NCBI GenBank assembly: GCA_003451585.1
Contig: DMEU01000011.1
Coordinates: forward strand, 29,493-93,492
Source: Candidatus Omnitrophota bacterium
GTDB taxonomy: Bacteria > Omnitrophota > Gorgyraeia > Velamenicoccales > Velamenicoccaceae
DNA length: 64,000 nt
Direction: 5' to 3'
Of the stretch, positions 52,922 through 63,687 are shown one piece after another. A program made the translations under genes and the position numbers. Below the pieces are notes generated by a model. The model was not told the origin of the DNA. It worked only from the letters and a program-made list of their open reading frames with translations, and ran no database searches. The stretch's first letter is position 1, and the number at the start of each line of letters is the position of its first letter.

Positions 52922-53536
52922 ATGAAGGCGAAAGTAGCCATTATTGATTACGGCATGGGGAATCTCTACAGCGTGCGCAATAGTTTTAAGTCGCTGGGGA
53001 TGATCGCCGACATAATAGAAGGGCCTGAAAAAATATTTTCTTACGATAAGCTGATCCTGCCCGGCGTAGGGGCTTTTGGGGACGCGATGGAGGAGCTAAC
53101 TGCGCGCGGATTCATCGAGCCCTTGCGTGATTTCATTTCCGCAGGCAGGCCTTTTTTGGGTATCTGCCTGGGCATGCAGCTTTTAATGGAGAAGAGTGAA
53201 GAGTCGCGCGGTATAAAAGGGCTGGCTGTTATCAAGGGGCAGGTGCGGAAGTTCTCTTCAAAGCTTAAGTGCCCGCATATGGGTTGGAACAAGATAGAGA
53301 AAGTAAAAAAAGGCCTAAAGATCTTTAAAGGCCTGGGCCAGGATGTATACGCGTATTTCTGCCACTCCTATTATGTGCTGCCGCGTTCACGGCAGGCCAT
53401 GGCAGGCCGGACGGATTACGGCATAAAGTTCGCCTCCGTCATAAAGGAAGGCAATGTTTATGGTATGCAGTTCCATCCAGAAAAAAGCCAGGAGGCCGGC
53501 CTGAAACTTTTGAGGAATTTTATAGAACTATGCTGA
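52922..53536 (+). CDS. hisH: imidazole glycerol phosphate synthase, glutamine amidotransferase subunit
   Basis: MKAKVAIIDYGMGN start, GICLGMQ nucleophile elbow and the HPE triad. ATG at 52922 rather than the ORF start at 52868. Confidence 0.92.
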   Translation: MKAKVAIIDYGMGNLYSVRNSFKSLGMIADIIEGPEKIFSYDKLILPGVGAFGDAMEELTARGFIEPLRDFISAGRPFLGICLGMQLLMEKSEESRGIKGLAVIKGQVRKFSSKLKCPHMGWNKIEKVKKGLKIFKGLGQDVYAYFCHSYYVLPRSRQAMAGRTDYGIKFASVIKEGNVYGMQFHPEKSQEAGLKLLRNFIELC

Positions 53537-54300
53537 TAGTGCCCGCAATAGACTTGATGGACGGGAAGGTCGTTCGCCTTCAGAGAGGTGATTTTAACCG
53601 TGTCATGGCATATGACCTGACGCCGTTGGAATATGCCAAAAAGTGGCAGGAGGAAGGCGCGTCCATCATACACGTCGTTGATCTAGACGGCGCAAAGTGC
53701 GGCGAACCGAAGAATTTTTCCGTAATAGTCGACATAATTAAAAGTGTTTCAGTAAAGGTAGAGGTGGGCGGCGGGATACGCACCGCAGAAACCATAAAGA
53801 AGTATGCTGGTGCCGGAGCCGCTCGTGTAGTATTGAGCACTAAGGTCTTAGAGGACCCGTCTTTTCTTTTATCTGAGCCTGTAAGAGGTTGCCTTGATAA
53901 AATAGTCGTCAGTATCGATATAAGGCATATGGAGAGTCCTGAGCTTGTAACAAGCGGCACAGGCGGTTGGTTGAAGGGCGCGGATGTGCTGGTCGATATA
54001 CCCTCTTTTATCCAGTCCGTTTCCTCAGCAGGGGTAAAATATGTAAATTTTTCGGATATAAGCAAAGACGGCATGATGGTGGGCCCTGATCCCGCGAAGA
54101 TCCTGCTTTTTTTGAAAAAGGCGCGCAAGGCGGTATCAATGAAGCTGTTTTTTACATATGCCGGCGGTATTTCTTCGCTAGACGACATAGACGTGCTCAA
54201 CAGGCTTGGTGAGGATGGTGTGGATGCCGTGATAGTAGGCCGGGCACTCTATGAAAATAAATTCAGTTTAAAAGAGGCGATAGCCCTTGCAAAACGCTAG
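53530..54300 (+). CDS. hisA: 1-(5-phosphoribosyl)-5-[(5-phosphoribosylamino)methylideneamino]imidazole-4-carboxamide isomerase
   Basis: [15 protein letters not shown]-terminus and (beta/alpha)8 HisA/F family features. Confidence 0.9.
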   Translation: MLIVPAIDLMDGKVVRLQRGDFNRVMAYDLTPLEYAKKWQEEGASIIHVVDLDGAKCGEPKNFSVIVDIIKSVSVKVEVGGGIRTAETIKKYAGAGAARVVLSTKVLEDPSFLLSEPVRGCLDKIVVSIDIRHMESPELVTSGTGGWLKGADVLVDIPSFIQSVSSAGVKYVNFSDISKDGMMVGPDPAKILLFLKKARKAVSMKLFFTYAGGISSLDDIDVLNRLGEDGVDAVIVGRALYENKFSLKEAIALAKR

Positions 54301-54308
54301 GTCTTGTT

Positions 54309-55100
54309 ATGTTGACTAAAAGGATCATTCCTTGCCTCGATGTTAAGGATGGGCGGGTCGTCAAAGGCGTGCGGTTCTTATCATTAAAAGATGCCGGAGA
54401 CCCTGTCGAGACAGCATGCGCCTATGAAAAACAGAAGGCGGATGAATTGGTATTTTTGGATATTACAGCCAGTTTTGAGGCGCGTAAGACCTTGATAGAT
54501 GTAGTGCGCCGCGTGGCAGCGAATTTATTCATGCCGTTTACCGTAGGCGGCGGCATACGGGGGATAGAGGATATCCGCGCACTCTTGAATGCCGGGGCGG
54601 ACAAAGTTTCCATAAACACGGCGGCGGTCGATAACCCAGGGCTTATCTCTGAGGCGGCCAAGCGTTTTGGCAGCCAGTGTATAGTTGTTGCGATAGACGC
54701 AAAAAAAATAGTCGATACTCGATCGGCTAAAAACCGAAGGCCATCGGCCGATAAATGGGAAGTATATACCCACGGAGGCAGGACCGCTACCGGCTTTGAT
54801 GCTGTTAGGTGGGCAAGGCGCGCGCAAGATCTGGGCGCAGGAGAGATCCTGTTGACGAGCATGGACTACGACGGCACAAAAGACGGCTATGATATCAGGC
54901 TTACGCGCGCTGTAAGCAGTTCGCTTAAGATACCGGTCATCGCCTCCGGAGGAGCCGGGGGAAAAGAGCATTTTTTAGAAGTGTTCAAGAAGGGCGGGGC
55001 GGATGCGGCGTTAGCCGCGTCTATATTCCATTACGGCGAATATACCGTAGGGGATGTTAAAAAATACCTGAGATCAAAAGGCGTAAACGTACGCATTTAA
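54309..55100 (+). CDS. hisF: imidazole glycerol phosphate synthase, cyclase subunit
   Basis: [17 protein letters not shown]-terminus and [15 protein letters not shown] motif. Confidence 0.93.
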   Translation: MLTKRIIPCLDVKDGRVVKGVRFLSLKDAGDPVETACAYEKQKADELVFLDITASFEARKTLIDVVRRVAANLFMPFTVGGGIRGIEDIRALLNAGADKVSINTAAVDNPGLISEAAKRFGSQCIVVAIDAKKIVDTRSAKNRRPSADKWEVYTHGGRTATGFDAVRWARRAQDLGAGEILLTSMDYDGTKDGYDIRLTRAVSSSLKIPVIASGGAGGKEHFLEVFKKGGADAALAASIFHYGEYTVGDVKKYLRSKGVNVRI

Positions 55101-55109
55101 GGGGAGGCC

Positions 55110-55469
55110 ATGACAGTATTGAAACCCGAGGAAAAAGCAGATATCAAGAGTTTGAAAGAATTGAAGTTCGACGACAAGGGATTGATCCCGGCCATTGTGC
55201 AGGACTATAAGTCCAAAGAGGTCTTAATGGTCGCCTACATGAACGAAGAGTCTTTAAAGAAGACCCTTGAGATAAAAAAGACCTGTTTTTGGTCACGTTC
55301 GCGCGGGCAATTCTGGGTGAAGGGTGAGACCTCAGGCCACCTGCAGTTCGTCAAGAGTATCGCATATGACTGTGATAAAGATGCTTTATTGATCAAGGTC
55401 CGCCAGGTGGGCGCCGCATGTCATACCGGCAAACGCAGCTGTTTTTATCGCAAACTAAAGATAAAATAA
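55110..55469 (+). CDS. hisI: phosphoribosyl-AMP cyclohydrolase (monofunctional)
   Basis: GLIPAIVQD and WSRSR...WVKGETSG...DCD...C motifs. No HisE domain is fused. Confidence 0.9.
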   Translation: MTVLKPEEKADIKSLKELKFDDKGLIPAIVQDYKSKEVLMVAYMNEESLKKTLEIKKTCFWSRSRGQFWVKGETSGHLQFVKSIAYDCDKDALLIKVRQVGAACHTGKRSCFYRKLKIK

Positions 55470-55497
55470 TTTTTTAAATAGAGTTTATTGACTAACA

Positions 55498-56982
55498 ATG
55501 ATCAAGCCTACATTCAAAGAATTCAAAAAACTGGCTAAAAAGGGCAACGTTATACCTGTATATAAGGATATCTTAGCCGACCTTGAGACCCCTGTCTCGG
55601 CATTCCTGAAAATAGACAGCGGGAGGTATTCATATCTGCTGGAATCTGTGGAGTCCCAGGAGAATGTGGGCCGGTATTCCTTTCTTGCGGCTGGGCCGTC
55701 ACTTGTTTTTTCGAGCAAGGGCAGGAAGGTCACTTTAGAGCGTTTTTCTTCAAAGGGCAGGACATCGCGGACATACCAGTGTGAAGGCTCTCCTTTGGAT
55801 GAGGTAAGGAAGATAACCGCAGATTTTAGATTTGTAGGCGCTAAAGGCTTGCCGCGATTTTGCGGAGGTTTAGTGGGTTACATGGGTTATGATACGGTAA
55901 GGTTCTTTGAAAAAATACCGGATAAGAATCCGGATGAGCTGGGTATACCGGATTGCGTCTTTATGCTTTCTCAGAACCTGGTGATCTTTGACCATGTCAA
56001 CCGCACGATCAAGGTCCTGGCCAATGCTATCCTGGAGTCTTCAGGTGAAAAAGAATTAAAGACGGCATACGATGCGGCTGTCGGCTCCATAGAGGCTATT
56101 CTTCGCAAGTTGAGAACGCCTTTAAAAAAAGAAAAACTCCTAGAAGAGAAGAGATCGAATGTTGCGGCAGTCTCTAATATGACAAAGAAGGATTTTATGA
56201 ACGCGGTCCTCCGCGCCAAGGAGTATATACGAAGAGGTGATATCATTCAGGTCGTGCCTTCGCAAAGGCTTAAGATGAGCTTAAAGAGCAAACCTATAGA
56301 CATTTACAGGTCTTTGAGGTCAGTTAACCCGTCGCCGTATATGTTCTATCTTAAGCTTTCCGGTTTTACCCTTGTAGGTTCGTCTCCGGAATTGCTGGTG
56401 CGCTGCCAGGACGGTATAGTTGAGACAAGGCCTATCGCAGGCACCAGGCCCAGAGGTGCCAACGATGCCGAGGATGAGGCCCTTGTGCGCGACCTGCTAT
56501 CCGATGCAAAGGAAAAGGCCGAGCACCTCATGTTGGTAGACCTGGGGCGAAACGACCTTGGCCGTGTCTGCCGATACGGCAGTGTGCGAGTCAGTGAATT
56601 CATGGGGATAGAAAAATATTCCCATGTAATGCATATCGTAAGTAATGTCATCGGGAGGCTAAAGCCGGGCAAGGACGCTTTTGATGCCTTGATCGCGTGT
56701 TTTCCTGCAGGCACTGTCAGCGGCGCGCCGAAGATACGTGCCATGGAGATAATCGATGAGCTGGAGAACACAAGGCGCGGCCCCTATGCCGGCGCGATAG
56801 GTTATTTTAGCTTTTCCGGGAACCTCGACTCGTGTATAATAATCAGGACTATTTTTATAAAAGGCGATACGCTCTACATTCAGGCCGGCGCGGGTATAGT
56901 CAATGATTCCGTGCCTGAGCGCGAATATTACGAGACTTTGAATAAGGCCAAGGCATTGCTTGAGGCCGTGAAATCCACATAA
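55498..56982 (+). CDS. trpE: anthranilate synthase component I (chorismate-binding enzyme)
   Basis: SYLLESVE...GRYSF N-terminal motif and GAPK/GPYAGAIGY C-terminal motifs. A PabB-type function cannot be excluded. Confidence 0.75.
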   Translation: MIKPTFKEFKKLAKKGNVIPVYKDILADLETPVSAFLKIDSGRYSYLLESVESQENVGRYSFLAAGPSLVFSSKGRKVTLERFSSKGRTSRTYQCEGSPLDEVRKITADFRFVGAKGLPRFCGGLVGYMGYDTVRFFEKIPDKNPDELGIPDCVFMLSQNLVIFDHVNRTIKVLANAILESSGEKELKTAYDAAVGSIEAILRKLRTPLKKEKLLEEKRSNVAAVSNMTKKDFMNAVLRAKEYIRRGDIIQVVPSQRLKMSLKSKPIDIYRSLRSVNPSPYMFYLKLSGFTLVGSSPELLVRCQDGIVETRPIAGTRPRGANDAEDEALVRDLLSDAKEKAEHLMLVDLGRNDLGRVCRYGSVRVSEFMGIEKYSHVMHIVSNVIGRLKPGKDAFDALIACFPAGTVSGAPKIRAMEIIDELENTRRGPYAGAIGYFSFSGNLDSCIIIRTIFIKGDTLYIQAGAGIVNDSVPEREYYETLNKAKALLEAVKST

Positions 56983-57030
56983 ACAGAACAAGCACATTAA
57001 GCCACGTGCTCATTTAAGGAGGCAGTAAAA

Positions 57031-57273
57031 ATGACGGTAGCGATTCGTTTGCGTAAGATCAATGACAAGTCCAAGAAGAGATACAACTTTCGTATCGCGG
57101 CGGTGGAGAAGACCAGGTCGCGCGACGACAGAGTGATCGAAGAGCTGGGATATTATGACCCTGCCAAAAATCCGGCCGCGTTAAAGGTCAATAAAGAGAG
57201 GATAGAGTTTTGGGTCAAATCAGGCGCCCAGCTTTCACCTACAGTGAAGAGCCTTGTAAAGAAAATAAAATAA
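57031..57273 (+). CDS. rpsP: 30S ribosomal protein S16
   Basis: MTVAIRLRK...YNFRIAA...GYYDP signature. Confidence 0.95.
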   Translation: MTVAIRLRKINDKSKKRYNFRIAAVEKTRSRDDRVIEELGYYDPAKNPAALKVNKERIEFWVKSGAQLSPTVKSLVKKIK

Positions 57274-57281
57274 CGAATATA

Positions 57282-57426
57282 ATGAAAAATCCTAAACCCG
57301 AAACACTAAATCCTAAGCAAAACCAAATGTCAAAATTCCAATGTTCTTAAACAGATAAGTTTAGAATTTTGTATTTTAGGATTTCGAGTTTGTTTAGAGT
57401 TTAGGATTTCGAGCTTAGAGTTTTAA
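57282..57426. repeat. ~145-bp palindromic element, copy 3 of 3
   Basis: Aligns with 266-411 and 8429-8573. Like copy 1, it ends in ...ttaacATGGGAG. Confidence 0.9.
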
Positions 57427-57442
57427 CATGGGAGGAGTTCAG

Positions 57443-57721
57443 GTGGCTAATCCGCAGATCGGTTTGTTGGGGAATCTATTTCCCTTAGCTCTAATATTTT
57501 TGATCTTTTACTTTGTACTTATCCGCCCGCAGCAGAAGCAGCAGAAAGATTTCAAGAAGCTGGTGGAGGGCCTGAAAAAAAACGACCAGATCGTGACCAT
57601 TGGCGGTGTCCACGGCACGGTAGTGAATGTCAAAGAAAAAACTTTGATCGTGCGAATAGACGAAAATACAAGGGTTGAGATCGATAAAACAGCCGTAGCC
57701 CGCGTGGAAAAACAGGGATAG
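57443..57721 (+). CDS. yajC: preprotein translocase subunit YajC
   Basis: Single TM segment plus the IRPQQKQQK...G..GTV motif. I favour the GTG at 57443 (GGGAGGAG 5 nt upstream); the ATG at 57428 lies in the repeat tail. Confidence 0.85.
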   Translation: MANPQIGLLGNLFPLALIFLIFYFVLIRPQQKQQKDFKKLVEGLKKNDQIVTIGGVHGTVVNVKEKTLIVRIDENTRVEIDKTAVARVEKQG

Positions 57722-57733
57722 GAGCCGTAGAGC

Positions 57734-59917
57734 ATGCATAAGAATTTACTTTATCGTATATTGTTGATCGCAGGTGTCGTGCTTGTATCGGTCTTTTTGG
57801 CATTCCCCCTGCAGAAGCGCATCAATCTTGGCCTTGACCTGCAGGGCGGGATGTATCTTATCCTGCGCGTCGATACTTCCAAGTTGGCTGAAAAGGCAAA
57901 GATCGATGCGGTTGAGCGTGCTTTAGAGATCATCCGTAACAGGATAGACCAGTTTGGCGTAAAGGAGCCGCTCGTCCAGATACAGGGTGAAGACCAGATA
58001 GTCGTGCAATTACCCGGCTTGACTGACAGGACAAGGGCCTTGGACCTGATAGGCCGCACCGCGCTTTTGGAATTCAAGCTGGTTTCAGGCGATACCAAGC
58101 TTATCGCCGATGCTTTGGCGGGTAATGTGCCGGAAGGCTATGAATTAAAGGAAGTGGAAAAAGAGAAGGTCCTTTTGTTCCAGGCAGCTGAATTGACAGG
58201 GGATTACCTGGAGACGGCGGATGTGCAGTTTGACCAGAGCTCTTTCGGGCAGCCTGTCGTATCCATGAAGTTGAAAGGCGAAGGCATAAAAAAGTTCTCT
58301 GAATTGACGAAAAATAACGTAGGGAACCGCCTTGCGATAGTATTAGACGGACGCGTATATTCTGCTCCCAGGATAAATGAGCCGATACCAAGCGGTGAGG
58401 CGGTCATAACCGGCAGGTTTACGCCTGATGAGGCCAAAGACCTGGCTATTGTGTTACGCTCCGGCGCGCTTCCGGCCCCGTTGGTCGTGGAAGAAGAAAG
58501 GACCGTAGGCCCTTTACTTGGGCAGGATTCTATACGTAAGGGGGTCGCAGCCTGTGTCGTAGGCTTGTCCCTGGTCTTTCTCTTTATGGTCTACTATTAT
58601 GGCGCGGTCGGCTTCGTAGCAAATATCGCTCTTATCTTTAACATATTGCTGATCTTGGCTGGCATGGGGTTATTCCATGGTACCCTGACCCTTCCCGGTA
58701 TTGCGGGTATCATTTTGACGATAGGCATGGCGGTAGATGCCAATGTGCTTATCAATGAGAGGATGAGGGACGAGTTAAAAACAGGTAAGACTATAAGGGC
58801 GGCAGTTGCCAACGGTTATGATAAGGCCTTTAGCGCCATTTTCGATTCTAATGTAACTACCCTTATCGCGGCGTTCTTTCTATTTCAGTTCGGAACAGGC
58901 CCTATAAGGGGTTTTGCCGTTACGCTGACCATCGGCCTTCTCGCCAGCATGTTTACTTCTATAGTCGTTACGCGTGTGATCTTTGATTTTTTGCTCTCTA
59001 AAAATAAATTAAAGAGTTTTAAATTCAAGGCCTTTATTAAAAAAGAGACCACTTTTGATTTTATAGGCAAGAGGCGAATTTTTTATGTTCTTTCAGGGAT
59101 CATCTTTATCATCGGTATGGTTGCAGTTGCCACCCGCGGCAGCCAGGCTTACGGCGTCGAGTTTTCCGGCGGCCAGCTGCAGGAGTATATTTTTGAAAAG
59201 AGCGTGCCGATAGAGTCTTTCAGGTCTTCTTTGAAAAATATAGGATTAGGGGAGACGATGGTCCAGCAGGTGCGTGAAAATCCACGCCAGGTGATAATCA
59301 GGGGAAGCCAGGATTCGGCCGATGCCATACAGGCCGAGTTCAAGAAGAGTTTTCCGGGTAATAAATTCGAGGTCCTTCGCATCGAAAAGATAGGGCCGAC
59401 GATAGGCAGGGAGTTGAAGAAAAAAGCCGTTTTCGCCATGGTCTTCTCGTTATTGGGCATACTCGTGTATGTCGCGATACGCTTTAAGCACATGGATTTT
59501 TCTATCGGAGGCGTATTCGCGTTGTTGCATGACGTTATCCTGACAGGCGGGTTCCTAGTCCTTATGAACCGCCAGATAGACCTTCTTACCGTTACTGCCT
59601 TGCTGACCATAGCCGGTTATTCTATTAACGATACGATAGTTATCTACGACAGGGTCAGGGAGTTGATGAGAACGAAGTATAAAATGACCTTGAAGGATAT
59701 AATCAATTTGTCCTTAAACCAGACTTTATCGCGTACGATCCTGACCTCTTTTTCGACGCTTCTGGTCGTGGTCTCTATGTATGTATTGGGCGGAGAGATA
59801 TTGAATTCATTCGCCCTGGCCTTGCTTTTTGGTTTTATCATAGGGTGTTATTCCACGATATTCATAGCAAGCCCTATAGTTCTTGCCTGTCGGTCGTTAT
59901 TGAAGCAAGCCCGATAA
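57734..59917 (+). CDS. secDF: fused protein-export membrane protein SecD-SecF
   Basis: SecD periplasmic P1 domain plus 6 TM segments, then SecF-type 6 TM segments, in one 727-aa ORF. Confidence 0.92.
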   Translation: MHKNLLYRILLIAGVVLVSVFLAFPLQKRINLGLDLQGGMYLILRVDTSKLAEKAKIDAVERALEIIRNRIDQFGVKEPLVQIQGEDQIVVQLPGLTDRTRALDLIGRTALLEFKLVSGDTKLIADALAGNVPEGYELKEVEKEKVLLFQAAELTGDYLETADVQFDQSSFGQPVVSMKLKGEGIKKFSELTKNNVGNRLAIVLDGRVYSAPRINEPIPSGEAVITGRFTPDEAKDLAIVLRSGALPAPLVVEEERTVGPLLGQDSIRKGVAACVVGLSLVFLFMVYYYGAVGFVANIALIFNILLILAGMGLFHGTLTLPGIAGIILTIGMAVDANVLINERMRDELKTGKTIRAAVANGYDKAFSAIFDSNVTTLIAAFFLFQFGTGPIRGFAVTLTIGLLASMFTSIVVTRVIFDFLLSKNKLKSFKFKAFIKKETTFDFIGKRRIFYVLSGIIFIIGMVAVATRGSQAYGVEFSGGQLQEYIFEKSVPIESFRSSLKNIGLGETMVQQVRENPRQVIIRGSQDSADAIQAEFKKSFPGNKFEVLRIEKIGPTIGRELKKKAVFAMVFSLLGILVYVAIRFKHMDFSIGGVFALLHDVILTGGFLVLMNRQIDLLTVTALLTIAGYSINDTIVIYDRVRELMRTKYKMTLKDIINLSLNQTLSRTILTSFSTLLVVVSMYVLGGEILNSFALALLFGFIIGCYSTIFIASPIVLACRSLLKQAR

Positions 59918-59925
59918 AGTGATGC

Positions 59926-61818
59926 ATGTTTAAAAGCTTCAAGTTTTTTGAAGGACAGAGCCTCGATATAGAAAGTTTTCTTCGTGCCCTGGTCTCATTA
60001 GGCTATAGGCGCCAGGACAAGGTGCAGGAAGAAGGGGATTTTTCAAGGCTGGGCGGCGTTGTATCTGTGTTTGCCGTTACCTTTGAATATCCCGTACGCA
60101 TCGAATGGGATAACGATTCGATCTGTTCCATAGAAAGCTTTAGCACGGCAACAGGGAAGTCTTTCTGGAAACACAAGATAGTTATCCTCCTGCCCAAGAG
60201 GGCCAGGTCCCGTCCCCTTTTAGCGAAGTTCGCAAGCGAGTTGCCGTTAGCCAACTTTGTCGATATAAAAAAGGGTGATCTTGTAGTGCATCAGCAACAC
60301 GGCGTTGGGATCTATCTTGGCATTGAGAAGGTCAGGGTCGCAGATACCGAACGTCAACATCTGGTCATTAAGTATGCCGGCGAGGACAAGCTTTTTGTGC
60401 CTGTAGACCAGATGCACCTTGTGCAGAAGTATATCAGCTTCGGCGGCAGGCCGCCCAAGGTCAACAGGCTTGGGTCCGGGCACTGGAAGCGTTCAAAATT
60501 ACGGGCACAGAAGGCCACCATGAGGGTGGCGCTCGATCTTTTAAAATTACAGGCTTTGCGTAAGACCGTAGGCGGTTTTGCCTTTTCAAAAGACGCAGAG
60601 TGGCAGAGGGAGTTCGAGGAGACCTTCCCGTACGATGAGACAGTCGACCAGATAAAGGCGGTTGAAGATACAAAGAAGGATATGGAATCGCCTTACGCTA
60701 TGGACAGGCTTTTATGCGGGGATGTCGGTTACGGCAAGACAGAGATCGCGATGCGTGCGGCTTTTAAGGCTGTCATGGACAATAAGCAGGTCGCGATACT
60801 CGTGCCTACGACCATATTGGCTGAACAGCACTACCAGAATTTCATTAAAAGGATAGGGTCATTTCCTATCAGAGTGGATATGCTCAGCCGTTTTAAGACG
60901 CCGGCACAACAGAAGGCGATATTAGGCGCAGTAGCCGCAGGCGGCGTGGATATCATAATCGGCACGCATCGCCTGCTTTCCTGCGATATAGTTTTTAAGG
61001 ACCTGGGCCTCGTGGTCGTAGACGAGGAGCAGCGTTTCGGTGTAAAGCATAAGGAAAAGTTAAAGGAGATGCGGGCGTTGGTAGATGTCCTGACGCTTAC
61101 GGCGACACCTATCCCAAGGACGCTTTATATGGCCTTGATGGGCGCAAAGGATATTTCTGTAGTCAATACGCCTCCCGAGAACAGGCAGCCGATAGAGACA
61201 CACATTGTGGCATTTGATAAGGCGTTGTTCGCTCAGGCTATAGAACGTGAATTGAAAAGGTCCGGCCAGGTCTATTTTGTCCATAACAGGGTCGAGGATA
61301 TCGAAGAGCTCGCAAGGGAGGTACGCAAGTTCTCTCCTGCCGGCGCACGGGTGGAATTCGCGCATGGTCAGATGCCGGCAAAGCTTTTGGAAAAGATAAT
61401 GCTGGATTTTTTAAATAATCGTATAGATGTGCTGGTTTCTACGACAATTATCGAATCCGGCATAGATGTACCTAATGCCAATACGATGATCGTTAATAAC
61501 GCGGATTGTTTTGGTTTGGCTGACCTGCATCAATTACGCGGCCGTGTCGGCAGGTTTGCGCGTAGGGCATACGCTTATCTTGCAGTTAAAGCCGGTAAGC
61601 CTTTGTCAACCGAGGCAAGAAAACGCCTGGATGCTATAGCCGAATATAGCGAGCTTGGGTCCGGTTTTAAGATCGCAATGGAGGATCTTGAGATAAGGGG
61701 CGCTGGAAATTTGCTTGGTTTGGAACAGCATGGCCATATCGCGGCAGTAGGCTTTGACTTATATTGCCGGCTTTTAAGGGAGTCAGTCTCTTCGTTAAGC
61801 CAACACAGCATGAATTAG
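59926..61818 (+). CDS. mfd: transcription-repair coupling factor, short form
   Basis: CarD/RID motif (GDLVVHQQHGVGIYLG...DKLFVPV), SF2 helicase motifs (GDVGYGKTE, DEEQRFG, QLRGRVGR) and a TRG-like end. Only 630 aa. Confidence 0.85.
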   Translation: MFKSFKFFEGQSLDIESFLRALVSLGYRRQDKVQEEGDFSRLGGVVSVFAVTFEYPVRIEWDNDSICSIESFSTATGKSFWKHKIVILLPKRARSRPLLAKFASELPLANFVDIKKGDLVVHQQHGVGIYLGIEKVRVADTERQHLVIKYAGEDKLFVPVDQMHLVQKYISFGGRPPKVNRLGSGHWKRSKLRAQKATMRVALDLLKLQALRKTVGGFAFSKDAEWQREFEETFPYDETVDQIKAVEDTKKDMESPYAMDRLLCGDVGYGKTEIAMRAAFKAVMDNKQVAILVPTTILAEQHYQNFIKRIGSFPIRVDMLSRFKTPAQQKAILGAVAAGGVDIIIGTHRLLSCDIVFKDLGLVVVDEEQRFGVKHKEKLKEMRALVDVLTLTATPIPRTLYMALMGAKDISVVNTPPENRQPIETHIVAFDKALFAQAIERELKRSGQVYFVHNRVEDIEELAREVRKFSPAGARVEFAHGQMPAKLLEKIMLDFLNNRIDVLVSTTIIESGIDVPNANTMIVNNADCFGLADLHQLRGRVGRFARRAYAYLAVKAGKPLSTEARKRLDAIAEYSELGSGFKIAMEDLEIRGAGNLLGLEQHGHIAAVGFDLYCRLLRESVSSLSQHSMN

Positions 61819-61831
61819 AGGAGAATAGTGC

Positions 61832-62740
61832 ATGGGAAAAATGATCTGTTCAGTATTTTTGTGCGCTTTTTTGGCTTTATCGGCTTCGGCCGGATCGATC
61901 TATGCCGAGAAGCTGGATAAGATAGCCGCGATCGTGAATGGCGACGTGATCACCGAGGACGAGGTCTCTACATTCATGAAGATGACGGACATGGCCGAGG
62001 AGTCGGGCTTACCTACCTCAGACCCAAAACTATTGAGGCTGGAGCTTTTAAACCGCATGATCGAAGACAGATTGATATTGCAGGAGGCCAAGGCCATAGG
62101 CCTGAAGGCAGATGAGAAGGCACTTGAAGGCCGCATAAAAGATATAAAGATGCGCGCCGGCAGTGAATTGGCGTTCGATATGGCTTTAAAACAGCAGGGA
62201 TTCAGCCTGTCTGAGCTTAAGAATAAATTACGTAATCAGCTCTTGATATATATGGCTATACAGAGACAGGTAAAGAGCAGGGTGTTGGTCAGCCCAAAAG
62301 AAGTCACGGATTATTACGAAGCTAACCCCGGCCTGTTCGTTGCGCCGGAAAGCGCGTTAGTGGATTCTATTTTCGTTAAAGATAAAGATACGTTGGCCAG
62401 TGTTGAAGCGCTTTTAGCTAAAGGGACAGATTTTAAAGACGTGGCAAAAGAACTATCGCAGAGGTCGGATCTTGGTATTGTCGCCAGGGGGCAGTTTAAG
62501 AAGGAGCTTGAAGATGTGATATTCAGCTTAGAGCCGGGCAAGCGTTCAAAGCCAGTAGAGGTAGAAGGCGGTTTTTATATATTCTTATTGAATGAGTTGA
62601 AGGCTGCTTCGAAGAGGCCGTTAAACGATGTTAAGGACGAGGTCACCTTAATGCTTGAAAACCAGAAGACGGAGAAGAAGTTGAAGGAGTGGCTGGAGGC
62701 CTTGAAACATAAGGCGTATATATCTATAAGGGAAGAATGA
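61832..62740 (+). CDS. periplasmic peptidyl-prolyl isomerase (SurA-like)
   Basis: Signal peptide, a SurA N-terminal-type helical domain and one parvulin (PPIC) domain. Confidence 0.75.
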   Translation: MGKMICSVFLCAFLALSASAGSIYAEKLDKIAAIVNGDVITEDEVSTFMKMTDMAEESGLPTSDPKLLRLELLNRMIEDRLILQEAKAIGLKADEKALEGRIKDIKMRAGSELAFDMALKQQGFSLSELKNKLRNQLLIYMAIQRQVKSRVLVSPKEVTDYYEANPGLFVAPESALVDSIFVKDKDTLASVEALLAKGTDFKDVAKELSQRSDLGIVARGQFKKELEDVIFSLEPGKRSKPVEVEGGFYIFLLNELKAASKRPLNDVKDEVTLMLENQKTEKKLKEWLEALKHKAYISIREE

Positions 62741-63687
62741 AGACCGTAAATATAGCCGTAAGCATGGGGGATCCTTGCGGGATAGGGCCTGAGGTCATAG
62801 CTAAGGCAGCATCGCAGATGAGCCGCATTCGTCACGCGGCTTTTTTTATTTTTGGGGATAAGGGGCTTTTGTCTGGTTGCGGTTTAAAGGGGGCACGGAA
62901 TATTTTTTTGGCGGACATAAAAAATGGTTCGGGAGAGGTTTTTGAGCCCGGGGTGCCGTCTCTTGCCGGTGCGCGTGCAAGCCTGAGATACCTTGATGCT
63001 GCTGTCGCTTTTATCAAACGTAAATGTGCCGGGGCGCTGGTTACCGGGCCTATTTCAAAAGAGGGCGTCAGAAAGTGCGGGTTCCGATGGCAGGGGCATA
63101 CGGAGTTTTTAGCTGATGCCTTCGGCGTGAAGCGCGTTGAGATGGTCTTTGTTTCAGAGCGGATGAAAGTAGTCCTGTTGACCAGGCATCTTTCTTTAAA
63201 GAAGGCGATAAAGGCCTTGAGCAGGGAACATATTTATGATTGCGGCCGCCTGATGTTCGATCTCCTGAAAAATAATTTCAAGATACCCGGGCCCAGGATA
63301 GCTGTCTGCGGATTGAATCCGCATGCAGGGGAATCGGGCCTTTTCGGTGATGAGGAGGATCTCATTATCCGCCCTGCAATAAAGAAACTCGGTCGAAAAT
63401 ATAGAGGTTGTTTTTTTGGGCCGTATCCGGCTGATACTGTTTTTTACAATGTATCAAAAGGTGGTTTTGATCTGGTCATGGCGATGTATCACGACCAGGG
63501 CCTCATACCTTTTAAGCTTTTAAGTTTTGATTCAGGTGTTAACCTGACCGCCGGCCTTCCAATTATCCGCACTTCGCCTGTCCACGGCACCGCCTTTGAT
63601 ATCGCCGGCAAACACAAGGCCTGTCCAGGTTCTATGATCGCCGCACTTCGCCTGGCAGCAGGGTTGGCGGCCAATGGGCGCCGATGA
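62737..63687 (+). CDS. pdxA: 4-hydroxythreonine-4-phosphate dehydrogenase
   Basis: GDPCGIGPE N-terminus, GHTEF and NPHAGE / MYHDQGL / TSPVHGTAFD motifs. Confidence 0.9.
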   Translation: MKTVNIAVSMGDPCGIGPEVIAKAASQMSRIRHAAFFIFGDKGLLSGCGLKGARNIFLADIKNGSGEVFEPGVPSLAGARASLRYLDAAVAFIKRKCAGALVTGPISKEGVRKCGFRWQGHTEFLADAFGVKRVEMVFVSERMKVVLLTRHLSLKKAIKALSREHIYDCGRLMFDLLKNNFKIPGPRIAVCGLNPHAGESGLFGDEEDLIIRPAIKKLGRKYRGCFFGPYPADTVFYNVSKGGFDLVMAMYHDQGLIPFKLLSFDSGVNLTAGLPIIRTSPVHGTAFDIAGKHKACPGSMIAALRLAAGLAANGRR

